This document shows, piece after piece, positions 14,473-29,003 of a stretch of DNA of 64,000 nucleotides. Made by a program: the position numbers and the translations under genes. Origin of the DNA: the human T2T-CHM13v2.0 reference genome, Homo sapiens; NCBI RefSeq assembly GCF_009914755.1, contig NC_060933.1; one strand, written 5' to 3'. The notes under the pieces are model-generated. The model was not told where the DNA came from. It ran no database searches and worked only from the letters and a program-made list of their open reading frames with translations. Every line of letters begins with the position of its first letter. The first letter of the stretch is position 1.

Positions 14473-16086
14473 GGCAGACTTCAGCTCAATAAAATAAATA
14501 CCCATAATTTTATTTCAACATTTCAGAGGACTTTGGAGGAAAAATAAAAAGCCTAGACCAACTGGGAAAGGAAGGCAATCTGTTACTCGGGAAGTCCTGC
14601 CTTGGGTAGGAGCCCTGTATGAAAAACCAAAGCATGACCTTGCAGGTGACTCTCTGTGTGCAAAGTCTATGTAAGTAGAACAGTGGGATATACCTTCGCA
14701 TGAAAATGAACAGGTGTGGAATCCTGGTATCTCCTGGTATTGTTTTTTTCTTCTTTTCCTGCCCAGCCCCTCCCACTCCCCGCTTTTTATTTGGGAACTA
14801 CTTTTCCCCAGTTGCATGCAGTTTTGGCAAATCCATCAGGATGCCTCCACCTCTCCTAAAATCCATGAAGCCAATCCCTCGTTCTCCCTGGAATTTGAAT
14901 CTTTAGCAGAGCCACACAAAAACTGAATAAAATGGTTATAGGTTTTTTTCCGCACCCAAAAGATAGTGTCTTGAAGAGGCTATTTGTCTGGCTACCTTGG
15001 CCTGTCCTCTTGCAGGTCTGACCAGTTATAGAATATAGATAGCCACACTCTCACATTTCATTCCAATCTAGGTTGGCCAAAGTTGGTTTCTATAGCTTCT
15101 CACTAAAGCACCTTAACTGATACGGGAGGATTTACACATTACTAGTGCCCAGTATTGGTCATTCACTCTTTTAGTAATTCAGAGCCTTAGATGGGTCAGG
15201 CTCTGTGCTTGGCACTGGGGATTCAGAGCCCAAGGACCCCAGGCTCATGAGAAAAACAAGCCCCAAATGCTGAAGCAGTCAGTCCATGAGGCCCCTAAGC
15301 TATTCTAGGAGGTGGAGATTGTGAGGAGATAGTTCTAGAGGAGCTGACACTTGAATTGAGTCAAGAAGTAAACTTGCACTACCTCTGCTGCTTTCTCCAT
15401 GCCACACACTGCACTCCACGTCAGCAAGCATATTTTCATTAGCTACTCAGTGCCAGTGAATGTGTGTCCCTGAAAGTGCCAGTGTGATTAAAAGACTTCA
15501 ATAGATTTTTATGGGAAAGTTGAGGAAGCTACACATTTAGAAAGTTTAGAAAGTGCCACATTCTTCGGGAGAATGATTATGAATTTCAAAAAAAAAAACA
15601 AAACAGAAAATGAACCCCTAGAGTCCAACCCCATTCTGATTTAGAGACACAGAAGTCACTGCATAACTGCATGCTTTTTATTACAAAGATAATTGATAAA
15701 ATATAAAACACACCGGTAACAATTACAGATACGACCCAAATGCGGTCACATGGGGTAGCTTTGTCTGAATGTAGTGGAAAGGGGCATATTAACTCCTTGA
15801 CATCAACATTGTCCATCCTACATATTTAACACCTTGTATATCTGTGTCTCATTAGTTAAGACTTCGCTTCCAAAATTTCATGACACAGCAGGCCTAAATT
15901 TTCCCCTTTGCCAATAAATAGCTGTATGAACAACTTTGGACAAGGCCCTTGAGCTTTCTGAGTTTCACTTTTTTTCAATTGCTAAATGGGGACTTGTTTG
16001 CCATTGCCATAGCAGTATAATGAAGATGAAGGCAAACAGATATAAATATTAAGATTAGTCTTGAAAGGTTCCAAGAAATCAACAGG

Positions 16087-16637
16087 TATAGTAGGCAGAA
16101 TAATGTCCCCTACCCCAGAATATGTCCATGTTTTAATCGCTGGAAGCCATGAATCTGTTACTTTATGTAGAAAGAAGAGACTTTACAGATGTGATTCAGG
16201 TTAAGGACCTCAGGTTAGGAGATTGACCTGGATTTTCCAGTTGAGTCCAATCTAATCCTGAGTCCTTAGAAACAGAGAACCTTTCTTTCCTGGCTGTGGT
16301 CAAAGGGAGATGTGACTACTGAAGAATGGTCAGAGGGATGTGATCTGGGGACTCAACCTACTGATGTTGCTGCCTTTGATGATAGAGGGAGGGGCCATGA
16401 GCCAAGAAATGTGGGCAGCCTCTAGGAGCTGGAAAAGACAAGGAAACAGATTCACCCCTTGGAGACTCCAGAAAGAAATGCTGCCCTTCTGATACCTTGA
16501 CCTTAGCCAGTGAGACCCGTGTGGGATTTCTGATCTCCAGAACTGTGAGATAACAAATTTGCCTTATGATAAATTTGCCTTGGTGTAAGCCACAAAGTTT
16601 GTGGTCATTTGTTACAACAACAATAGAAAACTAACAA
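16087..16637 (+). mobile_element. MLT1D-like MaLR solo LTR
   Basis: tagtaggcagaataatgtcccc…gccatgagccaagaaatgtgggcagcctctaggagctggaaaagacaaggaaacagattc…tttgttacaacaacaatagaaaactaa. Confidence 0.85.
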
Positions 16638-16904
16638 AATGGGGGAATGTTTTGAAAAGGGAAGCATGAGCAAATACCATAAGAGAGAATGGTGGCTTCC
16701 AATAACTGCAAGGAATTCCATGCTGCCGGAATGTAAATTGTATGTGGGTGAAAAAAACAAGAGATGGGCTGGAGAGTATGAGATCCTTAATAATAGCAGT
16801 TATAACAATGGCAGCAACAACATTCAGTGGGCAATTAGTGTGTGTCAGATACACATATGAGCATTTTACCTGTGTTAATTCTAAAATTCAAAGCCATCCT
16901 ATAA

Positions 16905-17225
<321 letters not shown>

Positions 17226-17784
17226 AGTAGTGACTGTTATTATCTCCGCTTACAGATGGGGAAACCAAGTCACAGAGAAGGCTAAGTAAGTTGCTCAAGC
17301 TTAACATGTACAGTGCAACCATGCTAGGATTTCATTCCTGCAGTCTGGCTCTGTCTCCTCTCTAATCTCACCCCTGCAAAGGGCAGTGTGGAGGCCTTGA
17401 GGGAGTTTATACAGGAGAATGACAATCAGAACTGAGGTTCAGGGAGATCAGCCTGGTGAATGAATTTCAGGGAAATAAAACATCATTCCTGTATTACTGG
17501 CTCCCTCTCTGTGCTGGTCTTGTTTATCATGGAGGGAGAGCAGCGTGTGTGAGCAGATAGGCAACTAGAAAAGGCTAAGAGGGAAAAAAAGAAAGTTGAG
17601 GAAAATGAAACAGAGAAAGCCAAAGAGATATTTCTCGAGGATGGACAAATCTGCTGCAGACCTTTCCGGTGAAATGTATTATTATTTCACAACTCTCAAC
17701 ACCTTTGTTCTTCCTCCCTTAGAACAAGAAAGCAGCAGAATCATTTCCTTGGTCCACACTCTATGTCACTAGCGGTCAGTTGAA

Positions 17785-17858
17785 GTGTGTGTGTGTGTGC
17801 GCGCGCGTGTGTGTGACACTGGCAGTCGTGTGTGTGCGTGTGTGTGTGTGTGTGTGTG
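17785..17858. repeat. Compound (TG)n(CG)4(TG)n microsatellite
   Basis: Two alternating purine-pyrimidine tracts separated by about 12 bp. Confidence 0.9.
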
Positions 17859-18406
17859 ATTCTTAAAGACCAAAATGTTTTCAGATACTAGCTGCCACAT
17901 TGTCAGGTCACTTTAAAAGAAGCAGGATCAGTTGACCTTGCAGGGGATCCCACTGGCTATTCCTGCCATACCACAGGGGCATTCTGGTTCCCACAGCTCA
18001 GAATTCCTCTACTCACTCATCAGTCTTGTTTCCTTTCTTTTTTTTTAATTTTATTATTATTATACTTAAAGTTTTAGGGTACATGTGCACAATGTGCAGG
18101 TTTGTTATATATACATGTGCCATGTTGCTGTGCTGCACCCATTAACTCGTCATTTAGCATTAGGTATATCTCCTAATGCTATCCCTCCCCACTCCCCCCA
18201 CCCCACAACAGACCCCAGTGTGTGATGTTCCCCTTCCTGTGTCCATGTGTTCTCATTGTTCAATTCCCACCTATGAGTGAGAACATGCTGTGTTTGATTT
18301 TTTGTCCTTGCGATAGTTTGCTGAGAATGATGGTTTCCAGCTTCATCCATGTCCCTACAAAGGACATGAATTCATCCTTTTTTATGGCTGCATAGTATTC
18401 CATGGT

Positions 18407-20235
<1,829 letters not shown>

Positions 20236-20272
20236 TGAATGAATTAATGAATGAATGAATGAATGAATGAAT
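20236..20272. repeat. (GAAT)n tetranucleotide repeat
   Basis: tgaatgaattaatgaatgaatgaatgaatgaatgaatt. Confidence 0.85.
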
Positions 20273-20369
20273 TCTCCTTAGAACTAGATTTTATGCTACC
20301 TCCTGTTGAACTAGGAGCTCCTCTGAACACTACTTGAAACAAAACAAAATATAATAAAAAGTATTCTAA

Positions 20370-20578
20370 GGTTTCATCTTAGAACAGTCTGGAGATTCTA
20401 AGATACACCAGTGCCCAAGATCCATCCTAGAGCTATGAAAACAGAATCGTTAGGAGTGGGGTTTATGTATGGTTATTTTTAAAATAACCACTCCACTGTG
20501 ATTTTTTTTTCTGAGAATTTTTAAAATTCTCCACTCCCCAGGTGATTCCAGAGTTCTTCTGTAATTGGGAACCACTTC
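20370..20578. mobile_element. MER5-family MITE, degenerate
   Basis: aaacagaatcgttaggagtgggg…ccccaggtgattc…tgggaaccactt. Confidence 0.55.
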
Positions 20579-21115
20579 TCTAAGCTTGTGAGAGCTCTTT
20601 CACCATCATGGAGAAGAAAAGCCATGGCTTTGGAGTGAGAAGCACGGGTTGGATTCCTCTCTCTCCTCCAAGAAATTGAAGAAGTCATTCAATCTGAGCT
20701 TCAGACCTTCCTCTTTCAACTGTGATTTAGCACTTTTCTCATAGGGCTTTTGGAAAAATTAAAGGACATCAAATATGGGAAGCAACTGATGCAGCCTGAC
20801 ACCTAGTAAGCATTCGGTAAGTTGGAATTTCTGTCTTTTTTTCTCACATTCTTCCTCCATAAATCCAGGGAGAACTTCTATAGGGAAACAAGTATAGGGG
20901 TATCCTCTGATAACCTCAGTGCCTCCCTGCAGCTGGTAGACCTGCACACATAGTCTGCTTATCTCCAGGTCTCCAAATGCTGTTCCCAGCACTGGCCAGC
21001 ACCTCTTCTGGGCAGCTTATGCCCCAGCCTGGACTCCTTGTCCCCAGGCTTACAAAATTCCAATCCCTCTTGCCCTGTACCAAGGGGGGAGCAATGGGGT
21101 GGCCCTCTTCCAGAG

Positions 21116-21645
21116 CAATGGTCCCCAACCTTTTTGGCACCAGGGACTGGTTTAGTGGAAGACAATTTTTCTGTGGACCAGGGAGAAGGATGGTTTTGGG
21201 ATGATTCAAGCACATTACATTTATTATGTACTTTATTCCTATTATTATGACATTGTAATATATAATAAAATAGTTATACAATTCACCATAATGCAGAATC
21301 AGTGGGGACCCTGAGCTTGTTTTCCTGCAACTAGATGGTCCCATGTGGAGTTGATGGGAGGCAGTGACAGATCATCAGGCATTAGATTCTCAGATTCTCA
21401 TAAGGAGCATGCAACCTAGATCCCTCAAAGGAACAGTTCATGATAGGACTTGCGCTCCTATGAGAATCTAGTGCACTTCTGATCTCACGGGAGATGGAGC
21501 TCAGGTGGTAATGTGAGTGATGGGGAGTGGCTATTAATACAGATGAAGCTTCACTTGCTTGCCCGCCGCTCACCTGCTATGTGGCCCAGTTCCTAATAGG
21601 ACACGGACCAGTGCCAGTCGGTGGCCTGGGAGTTGCGGACCCCCA
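21116..21645. mobile_element. MER1A hAT-Charlie DNA transposon
   Basis: About 530 bp; termini caatggtccccaacc…gttgcggacccca; 8-bp TSD-like TTCCAGAG/TTCTACAG; diagnostic gggatgattcaagcacattacatttatt. Confidence 0.92.
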
Positions 21646-22793
21646 TTCTACAGTATAACTCTGCAGCATGTTCAGCTCTGCCCTGGCACAGACCACTTTG
21701 CATTCCTGCAGCCTGCTGATGCTTCTGCCTGTGAGTTCCAGTCTTTACCAAGCAATGCTAGCTGGAGTTTGCCAGAAATTCTAAGCTGATACCATCTTTC
21801 CAAGAGATTCCCAGGGATCTTTATTTTAATTCCTCTGCTACTAGCATGAGTTCTGAAGAACAATTGTTCAGTTGTTGTCACTACCCCACTCTCCTATGGA
21901 CATCAAGCCACAGATTTTCTTCCACTTGAGCTATATGTAAAAACCTCTTGAGTTGCATTTAGGAGTTTGTCCTTCACGGCATCGCTGTCTTCAGGATAGT
22001 ACTCACATCCCATTGGAGAAAGAAAAACAAAAGCATTTTCCCTCCCACTATTCAGGAACGCCTCATGGTACTGGGAAACTCCCAGGCTAATTTTCCCATT
22101 GTGTATACAACACCTTACAGTTTATAGATGCTTTCATAGTCTTAACTTTCTGTGATCTTCTCCAAGAATGCTACTGAGATAACAGGAAGGAGATTATCAT
22201 TAGATCTTCATTTCACCAACGAAAACTGAAGTTCAGAGTCAGACTTCAAAACTAGGTTCCTTCTCACCAAACTAAGCACAAAATCACACAAATGTACTTT
22301 ACATGTTTTTGGAATGAATCCTGGGTTTTGTTTATACACAGTTATGTCAATAGGCTGTAACTCCTAAATGATTCAGTTGAAACAGAAACTAGCTCAATAG
22401 ACATGTCTCATTATTACTCTTAATAACAAAAAATGCCACAACCTGGATTGATGTAGCTGAAAAGGTAAAGGAAGCAGGACTGTCTACTCCTGTGCTCCCC
22501 AAAGCATGGCCATTGTGCAGGCTGTTCTAGATAGGGTATTTGTCAACAAAAATTTCCAGGAAATGAATGGGCACTGTATCTTTTTATTTGGATATCAGAA
22601 AGAATTTCTCCTCTACAGTAATTTCTCCCCTGGCTAGGTTTTGGGGATTAAATCATTCCCCCATTTACAAGAGCCCTGTGGCTCTCCTAGGCTGTAGCTC
22701 CATTTGGAGTGAAATGAACCAACGCTCCTTACCCAAGCCACAGCTCTTCGGGCTTGAAACCGTAGACTCTTTTTCAGTAAGACAAGTGAGTAG

Positions 22794-23202
<409 letters not shown>

Positions 23203-23645
23203 GAGAAATTCATTCTTTTGGAGATCTCTGAGCTCCTGCCTTATTAACCGTCTGCTGACAATCAACAGATCCTTCAGAGGCATGACTTAGATCTGAGAGC
23301 CTCTCAACTTTCCTGTGTCCTGATGTCACAGCCCACTTAGAAAGCCAAGTCCAAGGGGTATGAAAATTGACAACACCCCAGCTGCCCCTGAGATGATTCC
23401 TCAAGGAGATCTTTGCCAGGTTGTTACTGATAAAGAAGACAGATGACTGATCATGTGACTCATTTGTCACCAATGACCCCATCTGGTGCACAAGAACTGG
23501 GTACAAAAGGAGGGCTGATTGTGCGGCGAGGACCGCCACTAACTACACGGGCACCATCAGCCATCCACCTGTTCACGTCATTAACGTCATGATGCTCTCT
23601 GAAGGAGGCTGTGGTATTCCCATTTCACAAATACTGAGGGAGGTT

Positions 23646-23648
<3 letters not shown>

Positions 23649-23684
<36 letters not shown>
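23649..23684. repeat. (CA)n microsatellite, about 18 units
   Basis: Perfect CA run inside MIR-like sequence. Confidence 0.95.
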
Positions 23685-23688
<4 letters not shown>

Positions 23689-23726
23689 CACACATCTTGC
23701 AACCTATTTTTAGCTCCAAAAGCCAC

Positions 23727-23989
23727 TCATCCAGGCTGGAGTGCCGTGGTGTGATCTCGGCTCACTGCAACCTCCACCTCCTCGATTCAAGCAATTCTCC
23801 TGCCTCAGCCTCCTGATCAGCTGGGACTACAGGCATGCACCACCACACCTGGCTAATTTTTGTGTTTTTTTAGTAGAGACGAGGTTTCACCATTTGGCCA
23901 GGCTGGTCTCGAACTTCTGACCTCAGGTGATCTGCCTGCTTCAGCCTCCCACAGTTCTGGGATTACAGGAGTGAGCCACCACCCCAGCC
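23727..23989 (-). mobile_element. AluS lacking its 3' end and poly(A) tail
   Basis: Alu similarity starts at ccaggctggagtg with no preceding poly(T); 5' end intact (…ccccagcc). Confidence 0.92.
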
Positions 23990-24929
23990 AGATTCAAAAT
24001 CTTTTATTGCCTCTAGGAATTGTGAGGCAATTCTTGGCTATTGTGCTTCTACTCCACAGTTAAGGACATCCCCAGGGACTCCTGAACTGACAAATGACAA
24101 TGAGAAATTGACTAGGAACAATTGTTTTTTTCTTCGCTTTAAAAAGAAGCAATAACCAATACAACACCTCCTTGGGGATCAAAATCTCAAAATTTTGGTA
24201 TCGATTGGTAAAGCATCCACAATGCAACTCCTTCTTGTTATCTCTTTTTGGGTTCTAGTTGTTTCCTTTCTTCTTTGTCCATGCAAAAGAGGATGGCAGG
24301 AAGGGAGCATGAGAGTCCTTGCCGAATCTGCTTCCGGGGTTGCTGTGTGGATTACACAGGCAGACAGGTGTGAATACGTCTGCAAACATCACAGCACTCT
24401 ACAGATGCCATTTATGAGCAGAAGGCATGCTTTTTTAATGCAAAAACTTGGGTGTCTCCTCTGAGCTCCCCAGCCTGGGTGAAACCATTCTGGAATCTTC
24501 TGTGTTTCACTCCACCAGAGCACTGTTATTGCATTACTTTCATTTCCCTACTTGCGAGAAAACAATGTAATGAACGGATCCTTGAAACCACGGTGCGGTA
24601 CAGGGCAGGCAGTGAGAGATAAAGATGGGTAGAAGAAATGTGCATATGAAATGTGCAAACAGGAAGGACTCTCCCCTTTCCTGGTCCAGCCTGGGAGGGC
24701 TTTTCTCATCAGACTGGTCAGGGGAGATCAAACAGTCCTTCACTGGACAAGGCCCTGAGTCAACATCACAGTGGAAAAGGGTCTCACCCCTGCAAGTTTC
24801 CTTCTGCATGCAGCATGAAGGAGGGGGGTACCCTTTAGGGGTTTCCATTTCTGCTTTCCTCAGTCAGTGGGCTCTGAAATCCAAAGGCTTCTGTGTTGCA
24901 GGACAACTTTGGTTACAACTTAGGATAGG

Positions 24930-25150
24930 GGCATGCCAGAGGCAGCTCCTATTGGAGTGAGCAAGAGAGAAAGAGAGAGAATTGTTACATTTTTAGTTTT
25001 GGTAGCCAATTGATGTCACATTGATATCTCAAAATTGGTTATGGTTGGCAGTATTTACACAAGGGAAATTGGTAAGTACTACAACTAAGATCTTTTTTTT
25101 TCCTTTTCCTCCAGAGACCTGGTTGTTAAATATTTACCAACAAACCATTG
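24930..25150. mobile_element. MER63-family hAT-Blackjack MITE
   Basis: aaattggttatggttggcagtatttacacaagggaaattggtaagtactacaa…ggttgttaaatatttaccaacaaaccattg. Confidence 0.7.
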
Positions 25151-26933
25151 GCTTAAAGTTGCATTAAAGTGTAGAACCCCAAATTTTGCTCATGCTTTCT
25201 CGATTATATTCTCTTTTCCCCTCTTCCCAAGGTGCTTTTGAATTCTACCCTTCTATTTGCTCTTGGTGTGTACTTCTAGAGAAATGCTAAGGTTACATTC
25301 ACAGAGGTCAAAGTGGTATGAATAAATAGACCGTTTATTTGTACAGAACCCTTATATTGTTTGAAGTGATGTCACGTGTATTTTTTTTATTTTTGATCTG
25401 CACCACAACCCTGAGAAAGATAGAGTTAGTACACTTATTTACAATTTGCAGATGGGAAAACTGCAGTTCAAAGTGTCTGCATGGGAGTGATGGGCCCAGG
25501 CAAGGAGGAGGGCCAGGGGATCCTCCCCACCACCTTGCTGCCCCTAAAAGTCAATGAAGCACCACTAGACAAAGCACCCACCATTCCCAGACCAGACTGT
25601 GGCCGGCCGGGAAAAACCAAACTGCAGCGAGTGCACAAACGGCTTTTATGTGGTTTGAGGCTACATTCTGTGATTCTTTATGTAGAAGCAAATTGTCCTT
25701 TTAATTATTATGTGGGCTGAACTGAAATAGATGCACATTCCTTGAGCCACCGGCAGCAGCCAGAGTGGCCCAGGTGTTCAGAGTGAAGATCTGCCAAGTT
25801 TCAAATTTGATGCTTATAATTGGGAGTGGTATCTGTTTCTATGCAGAAAGTGTTTGCTTTTCTTAAACTAAAGCCTTTGGAATATTGTAAATGGGAAACA
25901 CAATGGAATGGTCATGGAGTTCATGGTATATTCCATTAGGAGAGAGTTGGGGACAAGGTCCTGGTGGGCAGTGGGTGTTCACTGACATATTAAAGGTTCC
26001 AATCCTGTGGCCTTGATCCACTTCAGGTACATGAATCTTACAACTGTTGCCAAAGGGTAAGATCATTTTGAATGGCTGGGACTGTTATCTTTTAAAAATA
26101 CATTCATATAGTCTCATATGAGTTTGTTGCAGGGAAGCACGTTGGCCTGTACAGAATTGGAGTTTTCAGACAGTCAAAGCAAAGAAAAAAACAGGCCCCT
26201 AGCATGCATTCTTCTTTGTTCTTCTGCCTTGGAACTAGGGAGACAGCATTGATTCTGGGCTCTTGCAGAGATACTCTGCAGACAGATCCGTCCCCACCCT
26301 CCCTAATTGCTGCCCAGGCTCAGGTGATCACCAACACCCATTCCTTTGTTCCTCCCTAAATATTTTCCCACAAACCAAGCCCCGGGGCCATCTCCTCTTT
26401 TTCTGTCCCCAAAAACTAGGGCCCTCTGATGCCCCACCTCCTCGGCATGTCCCCCAGACAACTTGAAAAGGAGGCCTACGTTCATCCTAATTGCTGCAGG
26501 ACCCACAGAACAAAGCTTCCTATCGCCCTCCTGGGGGACCTGGTCAGATTCATGGAATTCCCAGAGTGGGTGTTGTTGCCTCCCCTGGCACCCCTTCCCT
26601 CCTCTTGTCATAACGTCACAAAAATTATTCTTTAGGGAGATTCTACACCTCCATTTCACACTATCATTGTGGGACTGTGAGTCAGTCTTGGTGGGATTTT
26701 TTGATCAAGAGGTTCTCTCCTCTTTCGGCCAATGGGAGACACTTGACTCAGTCTCAACCCCTCAGACTCTTTCGCAGAAATTCTGAGCACAGTGCCGCAA
26801 GGTGGAAGGCAACGAGGGCTAGCGCATCCCAGGGCTGAGATGGGAGAAGCTTGTTCCCTGATTTCTGCGACTTAAATCTTCAGGGCTGCCCCACATCCTC
26901 TTTTATCTCTCAATTGCCTTTTCTGTGAACTAA

Positions 26934-27252
<319 letters not shown>

Positions 27253-28534
27253 AAATGTTCTTTTTTGGTTTATTTTTCTCAAGTTATCCAGTTCATCTGT
27301 TGCTTACAACCAAAACGACCCTAATTCACAGAGTCCCAAATAAATGAAAACCTCACACACTGAGGCTGGAGGCTCTAGTCAACAGCCCATTGGCATGTCT
27401 GATGCGTCTGAGCTGGGCAATGGCACATCCCCATTGAGCAACAATAACCAAAGAGGTTGGGGTGGAAAGTAGAGAATGAAACCTAAAATAGTTTAAAACT
27501 CTGGGTTATAAATGACCAAAACCTTTACCAATAATGAACGGGCACAAAGCAGGAGCTTGCTTGAGTGTCTCTCCCAGTTGGTTTCTGAGTTCACTCATCT
27601 ATGATATGGGAGGTAGGCCTGATGACTAGATGCTGGAAATCTGTGATTTTGCGACACTGCTGTTTTCAGTGTGATAAAACCGAAACTGAGCCTTCACTCT
27701 GTACCCTGCTAGGTACTGGCTCAAAGAGATGGGTGGAATGCAGCCCCTGCCCTCAGGTGATATGGTTGGATTTGAGTCTGAGGAAGAGGCCAGGCTAGAG
27801 GCACAAAGACTGTTGGGTGACATTGTCCTGGCCTGGGATAACCAGGGCTACAGGCATGGTGTGGAGGCAGGAGGGGCTTCAATGACCGACAGAGCAACAA
27901 GAAGGGAGAAGCCCAAGTGACCCAGTTTCCTGATCTGGGGGACGGTATGTTCCTGAGATATTAAAGGGCTACCTTTCCCACCCCCCTCCCCGCTGTGGTT
28001 TAATAAGTGGCCTTGAGGGAATTGGGCAACTACAACTCAGAAGTCAGTCCCTTTTTATTTTGTCTCTCAGGATAGTTGCGTTTTTCCTGGCCTCCCAAGA
28101 ACAGCCCCTTCACGCCAGAAAAGTTGGAGACCACACAGCAGACATCCCTGACACCTGCTTTTCTCATAGTCCTTGTGCTTCTCCAGACCCAGAGAGAGAC
28201 GCACACCGCAGGGAACTGCTTAGCAACTGCACGTAGGAAATCGGGATTCCAAACTATTCCTGTGGGTTTTTTCCTCCCCACTTTGTTCTCTTGTTTTCAG
28301 TCGTTCATGATTCAGTCATTGTTCCATCACAAAACGCACTAACCGGTTCTGCAGGCCCTGGGATCTCAACTGCACTGGGGACACTGCCGCCCTGGTTCCT
28401 GGGGTCAGGGGGTTTCAGGCAAAGGCCCCAAGTGATTCCCTAAAGACCTGGCCAGGGTGAGCCACACGGGGTGGGCAGCCCCTGTATGAGGCTGTTCTTA
28501 GGGCCCCCCTGGGTTTCTCTGGGCCTGGGCCCTT

Positions 28535-29003
28535 GCTCTCATTCTCTCTCTCTTCATCTCTGCACTCATGTGGGCTCCTGACATTTCTGTTTCCTCTCTT
28601 GGTAGAAGGGTCTCTCTCTTACCCATCCACCTCTGTCTTGGTCTCTCTTTATATGCATCTCTGTCTCTTTCTTTATCTCTCTCTGTCTCTGTGAGCCTCT
28701 CATCTCTGTGTCTCTATCTTTGTTTTATTTGTCTTTTTTTGTCTCTGCGTCTTTGTTTTCCCACTGTCTTTCTCTGCTTCTGTTTGTGTCTGACTCTCTT
28801 TATGTGTCTCTGTGCTTGTCTCTTTCAGTCTCTGTAAGTTTGTATCTCTCACTCTGTCTCTGCATCTCTCGGTTTCTCATTTCTCCATCTTTCTGTTTTC
28901 TTTTTGTCGCCCTCTCTGTTCTTTCTCTGACTCTTGTTTCTCTGAGCCTCTCTTCTTCTCTCTCTCCCTTCCCCCACACCCCCTCTCTTTCTGAATTTCT
29001 CTT
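28535..29003. repeat. TC-rich low-complexity tract, about 470 bp
   Basis: Degenerate (TC)n/(TCTG)n; strongly pyrimidine-rich plus strand. Confidence 0.9.
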
